DNA of 63,037 nt, the filler included, from Octopus bimaculoides (Eukaryota): NCBI RefSeq assembly GCF_001194135.2. It is 5 parts of 5 records of this genome, joined end to end, with 100 filler letters (N's around TTAATTAATTAA, not from the genome) between each part and the next. Parts side by side here need not be neighbours in the genome. Positions count along the whole stretch, not along the records: positions 32,638 to 45,533 come from NC_068988.1; positions 45,634 to 60,862 come from NC_068999.1; 3 more parts are not named here. The stretch is one strand, 5' to 3'. Each line of letters opens with the position of its first letter. Position 1 is the stretch's first letter. The notes under the pieces were generated by a model. The model was not told where the DNA came from. It did no database searches and worked only from the letters and a program-made list of their open reading frames with translations. Of this stretch, positions 35,870-47,605 are shown piece by piece. A program made the position numbers and the translations under genes.

Positions 35870-36491
35870 TAATAATAATAATAATAATAATATTTCTATT
35901 ATATAATTGTTCAACATTTGATTGTTCGATGCAAATTTCTACTGCACCACTTGCTACACCTCCGTGTTGCTGGGATGTGTGCAGCATTTTGTGTTCTCTC
36001 TTGAGGTGTGGTGCAGTTTTTGCTGTATCACTGCTTGTATTGTGAGTTGAGTGTGTGAAGAGTTGGTTATCTAGCTTGCTAGTGGAAGTTTTTGTCACTG
36101 TTGCTTGTTCTCTCCGGGTTTCATGTTAGCTAAATATGTTTCGTATTTTTCGTACTATTCTCAGCTACAATCATCGCTATTATCTCCGGTTCAGGAAGGA
36201 AGAAAGCATCCTCGAAAATGTCCACTTCTGGTTGTAGCATATCTATAAAACACTTTGTCTACACACTTCCTCCCTGTTTTTCACGCAGTCTCAACTAAAA
36301 TTGTTCTCGGACGCCCATTTATGCATTGCCAAGCTAAGATATTCTCTCGTTTTCGATCTTTTCACTCATCTATTCGCCATTAACACTTTTTAATATGTAT
36401 TATTATTTACGTTTATTTATTTATATATTATTTACTAATATCTACTTTCGTAAGCTAATTATTTAAATTGGCCCTTCAGTATATAACTTCC

Positions 36492-36526
<35 letters not shown>

Positions 36527-37439
36527 CTTAATTCTTCATCTAATTTTCTAAATGGAATCTCTTCTTCCTTCCTGTGTTCTCAAGTTGGCTACATGTTTTT
36601 TGTACCATCTTTCTAAATTAACCCTTGCTTGTTCACGGTGTGCCCGCCCATTACCACCACAACCACCACCACCACCAAATCTCTCTCTCTCTCTTCTCCC
36701 ATCACCATTACCGGATATCTCTCCTCTCACCAGAAACACTCTCCCTCACTGGTGGTATCCTCTATCATACCTGCAATCTCCTCCCCCCTCTCTCCTGGGA
36801 CAAATGCAATTAGTTTAGCTGCTCACCTAATTAATCGGCTATCTTTCGTCTTGACTCGAAATTTGTCAACAAACTACTGGGTAATTTCCAGGGACGTATT
36901 GAAGTGGAAAGAGAAAGCTAATGGGCTATACGTGCATGCTTGTTCCGTGCGCGCGGGTGCGTAGTTGTTCTTGTCTGTGTGTGTGTACTTGTCTTAAGTG
37001 TGTGTGCTTGTCTTGTGTGTGGGTAGGTGTGTGCGTGCTCGTTCTTGTGTGTGTGTGGGTGTGTATGGACGTGCTTATTCCGCTCTTCTCCCACCGGAAA
37101 CCCCCTCCCTCACTGGTGGTATCCTCTATCATACCTGCAATTTTCTCTCCCTCTCTCTCCCCCCGGGGCAAATGCAACTAGTTTAGCTGCCCACCTACTT
37201 AATCTAACATTGGCATATTCTTCTTCTTCTTCTTCTTCTTCTTCTTCTTCTTTTATCTCTGTTGATTTACTTACTTATATCTGCCACTCCAGTAATGCTT
37301 AAATTTACGATTTTACGATGTCCATAATGCTTATACTTACAACGCCGCTAATACCTACTCCTACCCCCAGTAGGGGCAACAATCTTAACATGTTTGAATG
37401 TTTGAATGATGACAGGTCGAAAGAGAAAACAGGTGTAGC

Positions 37440-40400
37440 ATGTCTATCAAACAAACACGGAAACCTTCTTCATTTCAGGCACTGAATAACATCTCCCCTC
37501 CCCATGCCTCCTCCCACATTCCTTTCCCTGTTTTTAGAGGTGTCACTGTCAATGTAGGTACACTGAAAGGTAGGTCTAATGAGATTGTAGAGATGCTTGA
37601 ACGGAGATGTGTTGATGTATACTGCATACAAGAGGTAAGGTGTAGAGGAGCTTCAGCAGGGTCCTCACACGCAAGGCACATAGGTATAAAATCTGGGAAG
37701 GTAACAGTGAAGGAGTAGGGGTGTTGGCATACTCCTTGCATAGAAATAGGTGGATAAGGACATAAAGATAGTCAGGGTAAGCGATATAGTGATTAAGCTC
37801 AGGCTAGTCCTGCAGAATAGTATAGCTACAATTATCTCTGCCTTCGCCCCACAAGCGGGCCAACCAAACGATCAGAAGGACCACTTTTATGATACCCTTC
37901 TACAGGCCACCTCAAAGACGAGTGGCAATGACCTCATCTTTGCAGCTGGAGATTTTAATGGGCATGTTGGATGGCAATCCAGTATCTTCCATGGTGTTAA
38001 CGGAAACCATGAAATTAGTTCCCAAAACGAAGAGGGAACTAGGCTACTGGAGTTCTGTGATGCATGCAACCTATTAATCTGCAACACTAACTTCAGGAAA
38101 CCAGACAGCCACCTGATAATCAATCAATCAGGCAACTCTGCTAGCCAGATTGATTTCATCCTCACCAGACAGTGGGATGCAAGGTTGCTCTTAAATACAA
38201 AGACCCTACCTGGTGAAGAATGTACCCTCCAGCATCGACTAGCTATTAGTGATTTTAGACTCAAGGCTAGAAGGATGCCAAGAAGCAGACCAATCCAGTA
38301 AAGAAGGGTTTGGAAGATAAAGAACCCTCCACATGGTCAGAGATTTAGAGACATCGTCACTCAGAAATTTAATGAAAGAGAGGAGGAGCTACAGACTTTG
38401 GACATAGAGGGTAACTGGAAATTCCTATAGGACAGCTTACTGAGCACCACAGACCAAATCTGTGGCTGGTGCAAAGTCCCTTCCAGACCTAGAGTAACAT
38501 GGTGGTGGAAATACAATAGATAAGGCCATTAGAGCAAAGAAACAGGCCTTGAAAGCCTGAAAGAGTGGAGGTAACAGGGAAGTGTACCAGATAGCCAGAA
38601 GGGAAGCTGGGCAACAGGTATACATAGCCAAGGGAGAAGCAGGAAAGAAGTTTGCCGATGTTTAGTGACATGAGGACCAACTAACTGAAGTATTTCAGAT
38701 TGTAAGATAGTGTGTGAGAGAAAATTGTGATGTCACAGGAGAGAAATGTGTCTGTATGGCTGATGGTGCACTTGCTTTTAATGAGTCTGCAAAGAAAGAG
38801 GCTTAGAGATGCCATTATGAAAGACTACTGAATGTGGAGAATGAATGGGAGGAGGAGAGCCTGCCAAATGTTGACCCAGTAGAAGGACCAGCTACCCGAA
38901 TAGATAGCACCCTGGTAGATAAAGCAACTAAGGATATGAAGTCAGGAAAATCCCCTGACCCATCAGGAATCGCTGCTGAGATGCTTAAAATATCTGGTGG
39001 CGTGGGTTATGGCCTGGTCACCCGTATTGTAAACCAGGTAGTTCACAAAGGAGTGATACACAATGACTGGCATAGCAGCACCATAGTCAACTACTACAAA
39101 AGTAAAGGTGATGCTTTAGATAGAAATAACTACAGGGGTATCAAACTGCTGGATCAGGTGATGAAGGTCATCGAGAGAGTCATAGCCCAACTAATTAGGG
39201 AGAGAGTCAGTCTAGATGAGATGCAGTTTGGTTTTGTGCCAGGTAGAAGCACCACTGATGCTATATTCCTGGTACGGCTACGGCAAGGGAAATACCTAGC
39301 CAAAGATAAACCCCTGTACTTGGCTTTTGTTGACTTGGAGAAAGCTTTTGACAGGGTCCCCCAAACCCTTATCTGATGGGCAATGCAGAAACTGATGATT
39401 GATGAGTGATTAATAAGAGCTGTACAGACCTTGTAGAGGGATGTCGTTAGTAAGGTGAGGGTCGGCAATGAGTATAGCGAAGAATTCTGGGCAGAAGTAG
39501 GGGTCCACCAAGGATCAGCCCTCAGCCCCCTCTTATTCATCATAGTCCTTCAGGAAATAACAGAGGAATTCAAGACAGGCTGCCCTTGGGAGCTCCTCTA
39601 TGCTGATGACCTTGCTTTCATAGCAGAATCACTACCAAGTCCTAGTAAGTAGGAAGGCAAACACATCACACACCCCTGCTTGATCTGTAGAAAAGGTGTA
39701 GGTAGAAACTTTATAAGATGCACCCAGTGTAAGCTATGGATGCATAAGAGGTGCAGCAACATCAATGGAAAGTTAATCGGGAAGATAGCTTTTGTGCACA
39801 GCAGATGCACAGGGGCAATAAACGCCGCAGATGCTCAGCAAACTGTTACAATCACATGCCAGGGGAAGAAACTAAAAGTAGCTGTTAGCTTCTGCTAAGT
39901 AGGTGACCAAGTCTGTGGTGGGGGTAGATGCTCAGAGAATAGCCTGAGCAAAGTTCAGAAAGCTCCTACCTCCACAGGTGACAAAGGGCCTGTCGCTCAG
40001 AGTGAAAGGTAGATTGTATGATGCATGTGTGCAAGCTGCCATGCTACACAGTCATGAAACATGGGCCATGACTGCTGAACACATGCATAGGCTTGAAAGA
40101 AATGAAGCTAGTATGATCCACTGGATGTGTAATGTCAGTGTGCACGAACAACAGAGTGTAAGTGCCCTGAAACAAATGTTGGACATAAGAAGCATCAGAT
40201 GTGGTGTGCAAGAGAGACGACTGCGCTGGTATGGTGATGTGCTACATATGGATGAGGAGAGCTGTGTGAAGAAGTGTTACTCCCTAACAATGGAAGGAAC
40301 CCGTAGAAGAGAGAGATCCAGGAACACATGGGATAAGGTGGTGAAGGATGACCTTCGAACATTGGGCTTCACAGAAGCAATGACGAAAGACCGGGACCTC

Positions 40401-41063
40401 TGGAGATATACTGTGATTGAGAAAACCCGGCAAGTAAAGTGAGATCACAGCCGTAGCCTACACCAGTGTTGCATAACCAGTCCATTTAAAAAGTAACTAT
40501 GAATCATTGAGTGACATACCGTGCTTGAGGAGACCTACTGAGTCAAGTAAATCAAAATCAAAATCAAATGAAATCATAATCAAATGGAAATTGTAGTTGT
40601 GGCCGATACGAGTGCTGGTGGCACACAATAAGTACCATTCATGCATGGGTCATTGCCAGAGCTGCCTGACTGGCTGGTGGCATGTATAAAGCACCATCCA
40701 AATGTGGTCAATGTCAGCTCCCCCCCCCCCNNNNNNNNNNNNNNNNNNNNNNNNNNNNNNNNNNNNNNNNNNNNNNNNNNNNNNNNNNNNNNNNNNNNNN
40801 NNNNGGTACATAAAAAGCACCATCCGAACATGGCCAATGTCAGTGCCATATGACTGGCTCCTGTGCCGGTGGCATGTAAAAATCACCCACTACACTCACA
40901 GAGTGGTTGGCATTAGGAAGAGCATCCAGCTGTAGAAACATTGCCAAATCAGTTTGGAGCCTAATGTGGCCTCCTGGCTTACCAGTCCCCAGTCAAACCG
41001 TCCAACCCATGCAAGCATGGAAAACGGATGTTAAACGACAACGGTGATGATGATGATGATGAT
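37440..41063 (+). mobile_element. Near-full-length decayed RTE-clade LINE (APE endonuclease + RT), 3' UTR and (GAT)n tail
   Basis: NVGTL, IQEVR, SAFAPQ, GDFNGHVG, NEEGTRLLEFC, SQIDFIL, HRL (APE); FGFVPGRSTTDAIF, FVDLEKAFDRVP, GVHQGSALSPLLF, YADDL (RT); RLRWYGDV; many stops and frameshifts; ends ...GTTAAACGAC..(GAT)n. The 5' UTR may extend to ~37255. Confidence 0.93.
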
Positions 41064-41065
41064 GA

Positions 41066-41404
41066 GAGTGTGTTTTAATGTTTGTGGGTTGTTTTGTTTA
41101 GGTTGTATTATTGAATTGGTAGTGTCTTGCAAAGGATGTTGGCTGTTCCTAGCAGGGCTATTTTTTGGATAGTGTGTATTTTTGAGGATCCAGATATAGC
41201 TTCCATGATTCTGTTCATATTCCTATCATACCCAATGCTCCAATTATTATTGGCATTATTTTTACCTTTATGCCCCACATCTTGAATACTTTAATTTCTA
41301 GATCTTTGTTATTTAACAATTACTCCATTTATTTTTTGGACAATATTTTGATCAGAAAGGTCTGCAATGTCTACCAGTAAGGAAGTGCTTTTTCCAAATC
41401 CTTG
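41066..41404 (-). mobile_element. RLE-type element family R-c, 5'-truncated 3' fragment
   Basis: DLEIKVFKMWGIKVKIMPIIIGALGM ... IALLGTANILCKTLPIQ*. Confidence 0.8.
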
Positions 41405-41441
<37 letters not shown>

Positions 41442-41442
<1 letters not shown>

Positions 41443-43860
41443 GTTAAGCTAATACATGATAATTTAATAAGCAGGAATTTCAATTTAAGGTTTGATGACA
41501 ACAAATCTCCTCAAATCTCAAGAATCCTTATGATTCTTGTAGAATATAGGATGGTACTTTTCTGCAGGTTTACAATGCAACTCTCAATTCAAGTATTTTT
41601 CAGTCTTTTGGATGGCATTTTGGATGTTGTGCCAAGTGCGTGTTATCACAGGAGTAGCTGTTGTCTTATTCTTCTATAATTTCTTCAGCTCTCAAGCTAC
41701 ACCCCTGTTATCATGGTAAATTGTAAAGTCTATGATTTTACACTTTCTTGTCTGCTCTAATCATATCTGGTCTTCTTGCTTCAATAGTAAGGTCAGTCTT
41801 AATAGAGAAATCCTACAAGATCTTGTAATTCTAATTTTCTATCAGAGCCTCTGGTTCGTGTTCACACCACTTTTCTGTTATTCTGAAGCACATTTTTATC
41901 TACACAGTCATGCCTGTGCTTATGTTCTTTTTGTGCTAGTATCCTACACTCACTCATGAGATGTTTGATACTTTTGTCTCTTTCTTGCAAATTCTACATT
42001 TACTGTCTGACTGAATTTTGCCAATCTTTGTCATAAGCAGATTTCTTGAAATGGCTTGTTCTTTGCAGTTATAATTAATATTTTGGTCTTGTTTCAGGTT
42101 CCAGTCCATCAGCCAAAGCCTTCTTTACTTCCAACATTCTCAGTTTGTTACATGAACTGGCCATATAATTCTATTTCTTTCCATTTGTTTATTCTATTCT
42201 TCCTTTTCTCTGAATTTTTCTTCTTTTTCAGTCACTTTGGCTATCAAAAGCATTCTTTCTTTACTCTGCAGAGCATAATTTTTCCAACCCAGTATCGTAG
42301 TATTAACAGTGTCTTCTGCATTCCTTTGCTACCTTCCTTTCTTGACAGAAAGTGTCAGTTATTATTACTTTTAGGATGGAGCAGCTTTCTAGTTCTTCTG
42401 TCTATGTTCTGTAGCTCAGTCTTTATTTATTTCAGAATGGGAAAGGAGTATCTCAGTATTGGCATAGCCCATGCATTTATGGCTTTAATGATATTCCCTC
42501 CATTTAATTTTATTTCAAGCACTTTCTTAATTCATCTCTCATACTCTTTAGAGATTTTGTCTCTCATTTCTCCCTCCATTATCCTGTCATCTTGCAGCAC
42601 TCCAAGCACTCTGGTTCGTGTTCACACCACTTTTCTGTTATTCTGAAGCCACACACTTGGCTAACACCCCAATGCACATTTTTATCTACACAGTCATGCC
42701 TGTGCTTATGTTCTTTTTGTGCTAGTATCCTACACTCACTCATGAGATGTTTGATACTTTTGTCTCTTTCTTGCAAATTCTACATTTACTGTCTGACTGA
42801 ATTTTGCCAATCTTTGTCATAAGCAGTCTAATGATGCAGTCATGTGATAATTTTATGCCATTAGAGTTTATCTTCTAACCTTATTTCATAATTAGTACTG
42901 CACATTTATTTACTCCAAACTGCATTCCATTATCTTGACTGAATACTCTTACTGTTTGGGTCAAAGAATCCAAATCTTCCTCATCTTTTGTATATAGTTT
43001 GAAATCATCTAAAAAACAAGTTTGTTTTCACTTTGGGTTTGATAAACTCATATGCAGGCCTGGATTTTCTCAGTATACTTTTCAGAGGGGTTAATACAAT
43101 GATGAAAAGTAGTGGAGAGAGAGTGTCTCCCTGGATAATGCACCTGCATATTTTCATATTTCCTTGTGATTCATTTACACATGCCAGTTCTACTTCCCAC
43201 ACTCTCATTGCTTTTTCCAAAAAGCTATTTATCTTTTTATTGATTCTGAGCATCCTGGGGAACCCCAAAATCCAGCTGTGTGGTACATTATCGTAAGCTT
43301 TCTTGCAATCTATCTAGCCAACTGCTAAATTCTCCTTTTTTACTCATACCTCATTTAATATTCTGCTATCTCTATATAGAAAACCAGCAGTCTCGCTTGA
43401 TATTTTTCTACATGCTTTTTGCTCCTCTGGCAATAAATTCTCCTTTGCTAAAAAATTATATACTTCACCTGCTATGAAACCAATTAATACCTACCAGAGT
43501 AATGGTAAACAACTAACAGGTCTATAATTGCTGACTTCTTATCTCTTTTCTTTGTCTTTCTATATCAGTTACTGTCTTTCCTTTTGTCATCCATGTTGGC
43601 TTTCATTTTCCATGCAGTCAGAGAAAAATGGTTGTATACAACTGTGTATACAACTTGGGAGACTTTTGTATACAACTTGTGAGACTTTTGAACCAGAATC
43701 ACTGAACACTATCTGGTTTAGGAGCTTTCCAGTTGGGTACACAGGGTTTTCTGAATCATCTCTTTTACTTTCTTATACATAATTGTCATATTTTTTTGTG
43801 TCACTCCATCTTTCATTTCTCTTTGAATGTTCTACAACCAGTCTACTTTTATATCATGTT
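41442..43860 (-). mobile_element. Decayed RLE-type (R4/Dong-like) LINE, RT to RLE
   Basis: IDCKKAYDNVPHSWI, IQGDTLSPLLF, DDFKLY, GMQFGVNKCA, CRIC..HLMSEC, EARRPD, ALGTT; short 3' UTR then (AAT)n. Confidence 0.9.
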
Positions 43861-44013
43861 TGGTTTATTATTATTATTTTTATTCTTCTTTCAATTTTGT
43901 TTCTATTTCTTGTTGAGTGTCAGGAAGAAATTCTTCTTCTTCTTCTTCTTCTTCTTCTTCTTCTTCTTCTTCTTCTTCTTCTTCTTCTTCTTCTTCTTCT
44001 TCTNNNNNNNNNN

Positions 44014-44062
<49 letters not shown>

Positions 44063-44276
44063 CATGGCAGTGAGTTGGCAGAATCATTAGCATGCTGGGC
44101 AAAATACTTAGCAGCATTTTGTCCGTCTTCACATTCTGAGTTCTAATTCCGCCAAGGTTGACTTTGCTTTTCATCCTTTCTGGGTCAGTAAAATAAGTAC
44201 CTGATGAGTACAGGGGTTGATGTATTTGACTCATCCCATCCCCCAAAATTGCCTGTCTTGTGCCAAAATTCGAAAC

Positions 44277-44278
<2 letters not shown>
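44063..44278 (+). mobile_element. SINE family A (tail type 2) embedded in (ATT)n
   Basis: (TTA)n-CATGGCAGTGAGTTGGCAGAATC...AAAATTCGAAACC-(ATT)n. Confidence 0.9.
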
Positions 44279-44312
<34 letters not shown>

Positions 44313-44314
<2 letters not shown>

Positions 44315-45327
44315 TTTCAATTTTGTTTCCATTTCTTGCCAAGTGTCTTTCCGACACCTTGGGCAAAGAAACTTACTGTATACCTTGGTAAGCCATTAAA
44401 ATAAACACACCAGATTGTTCATTTTCAAAGTTATGTAATAGGAAAAAAGAGCAAAATGTAAGGAGGAAAAGATAAAAACAAAAAATAAAAGAATAAAAAA
44501 TGAAAAATGAGAAAACAAAAAAAGGGGGAAAAAAGAAAATTCAGAGCGACAGTTCTCTGCTGAATACGTATGATGTACCAGTTAAGACAATCTTTTGCAC
44601 TTCTTGCATGGATGGTAAGCCAGGGATCATTCTCAAATAATTTTCAGTTCCTTTTTCGATCATTCCAAGATCTCCTACAATCACTGGTATTGTAACCATC
44701 TTGAGATGCCACATTTTTTTTTTATTTCAATCAACAAATCTTTATAATTTTTGAGCTTGTCAAATTCTTTTGCTGAGATATTATGATCATAACAAATGCT
44801 CATGTCAATCTATAAACAGACTTTATTGCTTTGGACTTTCACAGTATCCTGATTATTAGTTTTGATTGTCTGGTCTGTATGTACTAGAAAATCCCAAAGT
44901 ATCATTACATTTTCTCTTTCAGTTAGAGCCTCGAGTGGTGTTTATATCATTTGTCAGTAGTTTTGATTTTATAATGCCAATATATTAACCAGTGTAAGAT
45001 ATTGGCCAACTCTGTCATGTCTTGATTTATACTCTACAAGAGCTAAAACTTTAAATCCAGAGATTAGTTGGTCTACTGTTTCAATCTCATTGCTGCAATA
45101 TTGACACTTTGGGTCTACTCCAATCTTCACCACATTGGCCTAGTAGTTCCAAGTAAATAAGCTCTGATCCTGAGCAGCTAAGATAAAGCATTTGCTTGCT
45201 GCTTTTAACCCTGAGCTCCGTAGCCACTGATGGGTGTGCTTCTGGTCCACATCAACTTGTTTGCTACGGGCCACATATTTCCCGTGCAGAGGTTTGTGTT
45301 TCCACCTACACATTTTTCTTTGCATTA

Positions 45328-45330
<3 letters not shown>
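44313..45330 (-). mobile_element. RLE-type element family R-a, 5'-truncated, (ATT)n on both sides
   Basis: KPLHGKY, QWLRSSGLK, AAQDQSL, ILWDF, DMSI, MWHLKMVTIPVIVGDLG, EVQKIVLTGT; ~250-nt 3' UTR. Confidence 0.9.
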
Positions 45331-45374
<44 letters not shown>

Positions 45375-45378
<4 letters not shown>

Positions 45379-45533
45379 TAGTTTTATATTTATAACGTGC
45401 TTTCACTTCACTACCGAGTGCAGCTCTGTGTGCCTTGGATATGTGCTGTGGTTTGCTGTGATGCTCTTATGGTTACTGTATTGAAAGTGTTTTGCGTAGG
45501 ATGTGTGCAGTGCCCAGTAGTGCAATTTTCTGT
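45375..45533 (-). mobile_element. RLE-type element family R-c, 3' end cut by scaffold join
   Basis: QKIALLGTAHILRKTLSIQ*, then UTR and (AAT)n. Confidence 0.82.
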
Positions 45534-45633
45534 NNNNNNNNNNNNNNNNNNNNNNNNNNNNNNNNNNNNNNNNNNNNTTAATTAATTAANNNNNNNNNNN
45601 NNNNNNNNNNNNNNNNNNNNNNNNNNNNNNNNN
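45534..45633. other. Artificial scaffold-join spacer
   Basis: 44 N + TTAATTAATTAA + 44 N. Confidence 0.92.
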
Positions 45634-45693
<60 letters not shown>

Positions 45694-45911
45694 AGAGAGA
45701 GAGGGGAACCTGTACACTAAACAGAATACAGCTGTGTCAGCAGTGAATACTCATACAAACTAAAGAGGAGTTGAGAAAGAGGTTTCTGCTGCTACGACTA
45801 CGACTACTACTACTACTATCACTACTACTACTGCTGCTACTGTTGCTACTACTACCACTACAACTACTACTCTTACAACTGCTGTTGCTGCTACTACTAC
45901 TACTGATACTA

Positions 45912-46150
45912 TTAGTTTTGTTAGGAAATGCTTAAAGGAGAATCTGGATAAACTAGGATTTTCAGAAAGAGAAATTGATCGACTGATTCGTACATTACGA
46001 GTCCAATCTGTGAGTGGAACAGTAAAAATCTGCAAGACGTTTCTCAAGTTCCAAATGTAAATTTGTCTGCGTTAACTACATCCCAAAGATGGAGCCTTGT
46101 ATCTTTGTTGGAAACCGGCCTCCCTCCTCAGTGGAAGATTTATAATAATT
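45912..46150 (+). mobile_element. RLE-type family R-b, 3' end
   Basis: High identity by eye to 23280-23490 (ACTACATCCCAAAGATGGAGCC..GTGGAAGATTTAT). Confidence 0.88.
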
Positions 46151-46448
46151 AAAAAATAGAAGTGACATACATACATACATACATACATACATACATACAT
46201 GCATACATACATACACACACACACACATAAATGTTAATGCTTTTATTATATTTTCGGTTATAATAAAAACAAATTCACATTAATATGATGGGTTACCCTA
46301 TAATTTTGAATAGTACTAATATATTATTCTTATACAAGAATGTTGTTGACAGTAACTTCGAAGTTTCGGCGGTCCGACAATGGCCTTAGCTGGCCGAAAT
46401 TCCGAAGTCACAGTTAACAACATTCTTGTGTAATCATACATGTATATA

Positions 46449-46479
<31 letters not shown>

Positions 46480-46484
<5 letters not shown>

Positions 46485-46562
46485 GACGGGCGTCTTCCAA
46501 ATTCCTTCCACCAAATCCATTCTCGAGGCTCTGGTCGATCCGGGGCCGTAGTAAAAGACAGA
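46480..46562 (-). mobile_element. SINE family B, diverged fragment
   Basis: GACGGGCGTCTT..CCACCAAATCCATTCTCGAGGCTCTGGTCGATCCGGGGCCGTAGTAAAAGACA. Confidence 0.6.
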
Positions 46563-46791
46563 TGTTTATAGAACAACCCGTAATAACAGTGAATGGTAAT
46601 TTCCAGGAATCTAACAGATTCTAAAGGGAAGTGTAGACGTCTTCAGATAATTTAAGACACATTCCAAGTAAATTTAATATAGTCGTAAAATTAGTGCTGC
46701 GATAATTCGAGCCGATTTCTTATTTCTTGTCATTTCCGAAGAAAATATACGTCGTAATATATTAACTAAGGCATTAGTTGTGAGACATGTG

Positions 46792-46845
<54 letters not shown>

Positions 46846-47141
46846 TGGGTGAGTGGTTATTTCTATAATCGAAAGTCGGTGTATGTAATTGTGAAGAAAA
46901 GGAGAAATACGCGATAAAGACGTACACATAAAACATACATGAATGTATACATACGTATATATNNNNNNNNNNNNNNNNNNNNNNNNNNNNNNNNNNNNNN
47001 NNNNNNNNNNNNNNNNNNNNNNNNNNNNNNNNNNNNNNNNNNNNNNNNNNNNNNNNNNNNNNNNNNNNNNNNNNNNNNNNNNNNNNNNNNNNNNNNNNNN
47101 NNNNNNNNNNNNNNNNNNNNNNNNNNNNNNNNNNNNNNNNN

Positions 47142-47208
<67 letters not shown>

Positions 47209-47561
47209 TTATATATATACACACATAGACATATATACAAATATACATAGACATATATATATGTGTGTGTGTGTATATGTGTGTATGTATGTATGTATGT
47301 ATATATGTATGTATGTACATGTGTATGTATGTACATGTGTATGTATGTACATGTGTATGCATGTATTATTTATTTATGTATGCATAGCGAAAATTATTGA
47401 AAGCGAATTAAAGGGGAAGAAAGGGAAGGGAAATGGCGGCTTTAGTTATAGAAATGGAGAAAGTACGTGTGTGTGTGTGCGTGAATATTATGCATGGAGT
47501 TTGGGTGATACATTAAGATATTTAGGAAGAGAGAGAGAGAGAGAGATGAAGGATGAGATAT

Positions 47562-47605
<44 letters not shown>

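Noticed and set aside
42056-42646. 196-aa hydrophobic plus-strand ORF resembling a membrane protein
   Set aside because: Antisense shadow of the A-rich minus-strand RLE LINE ORF.
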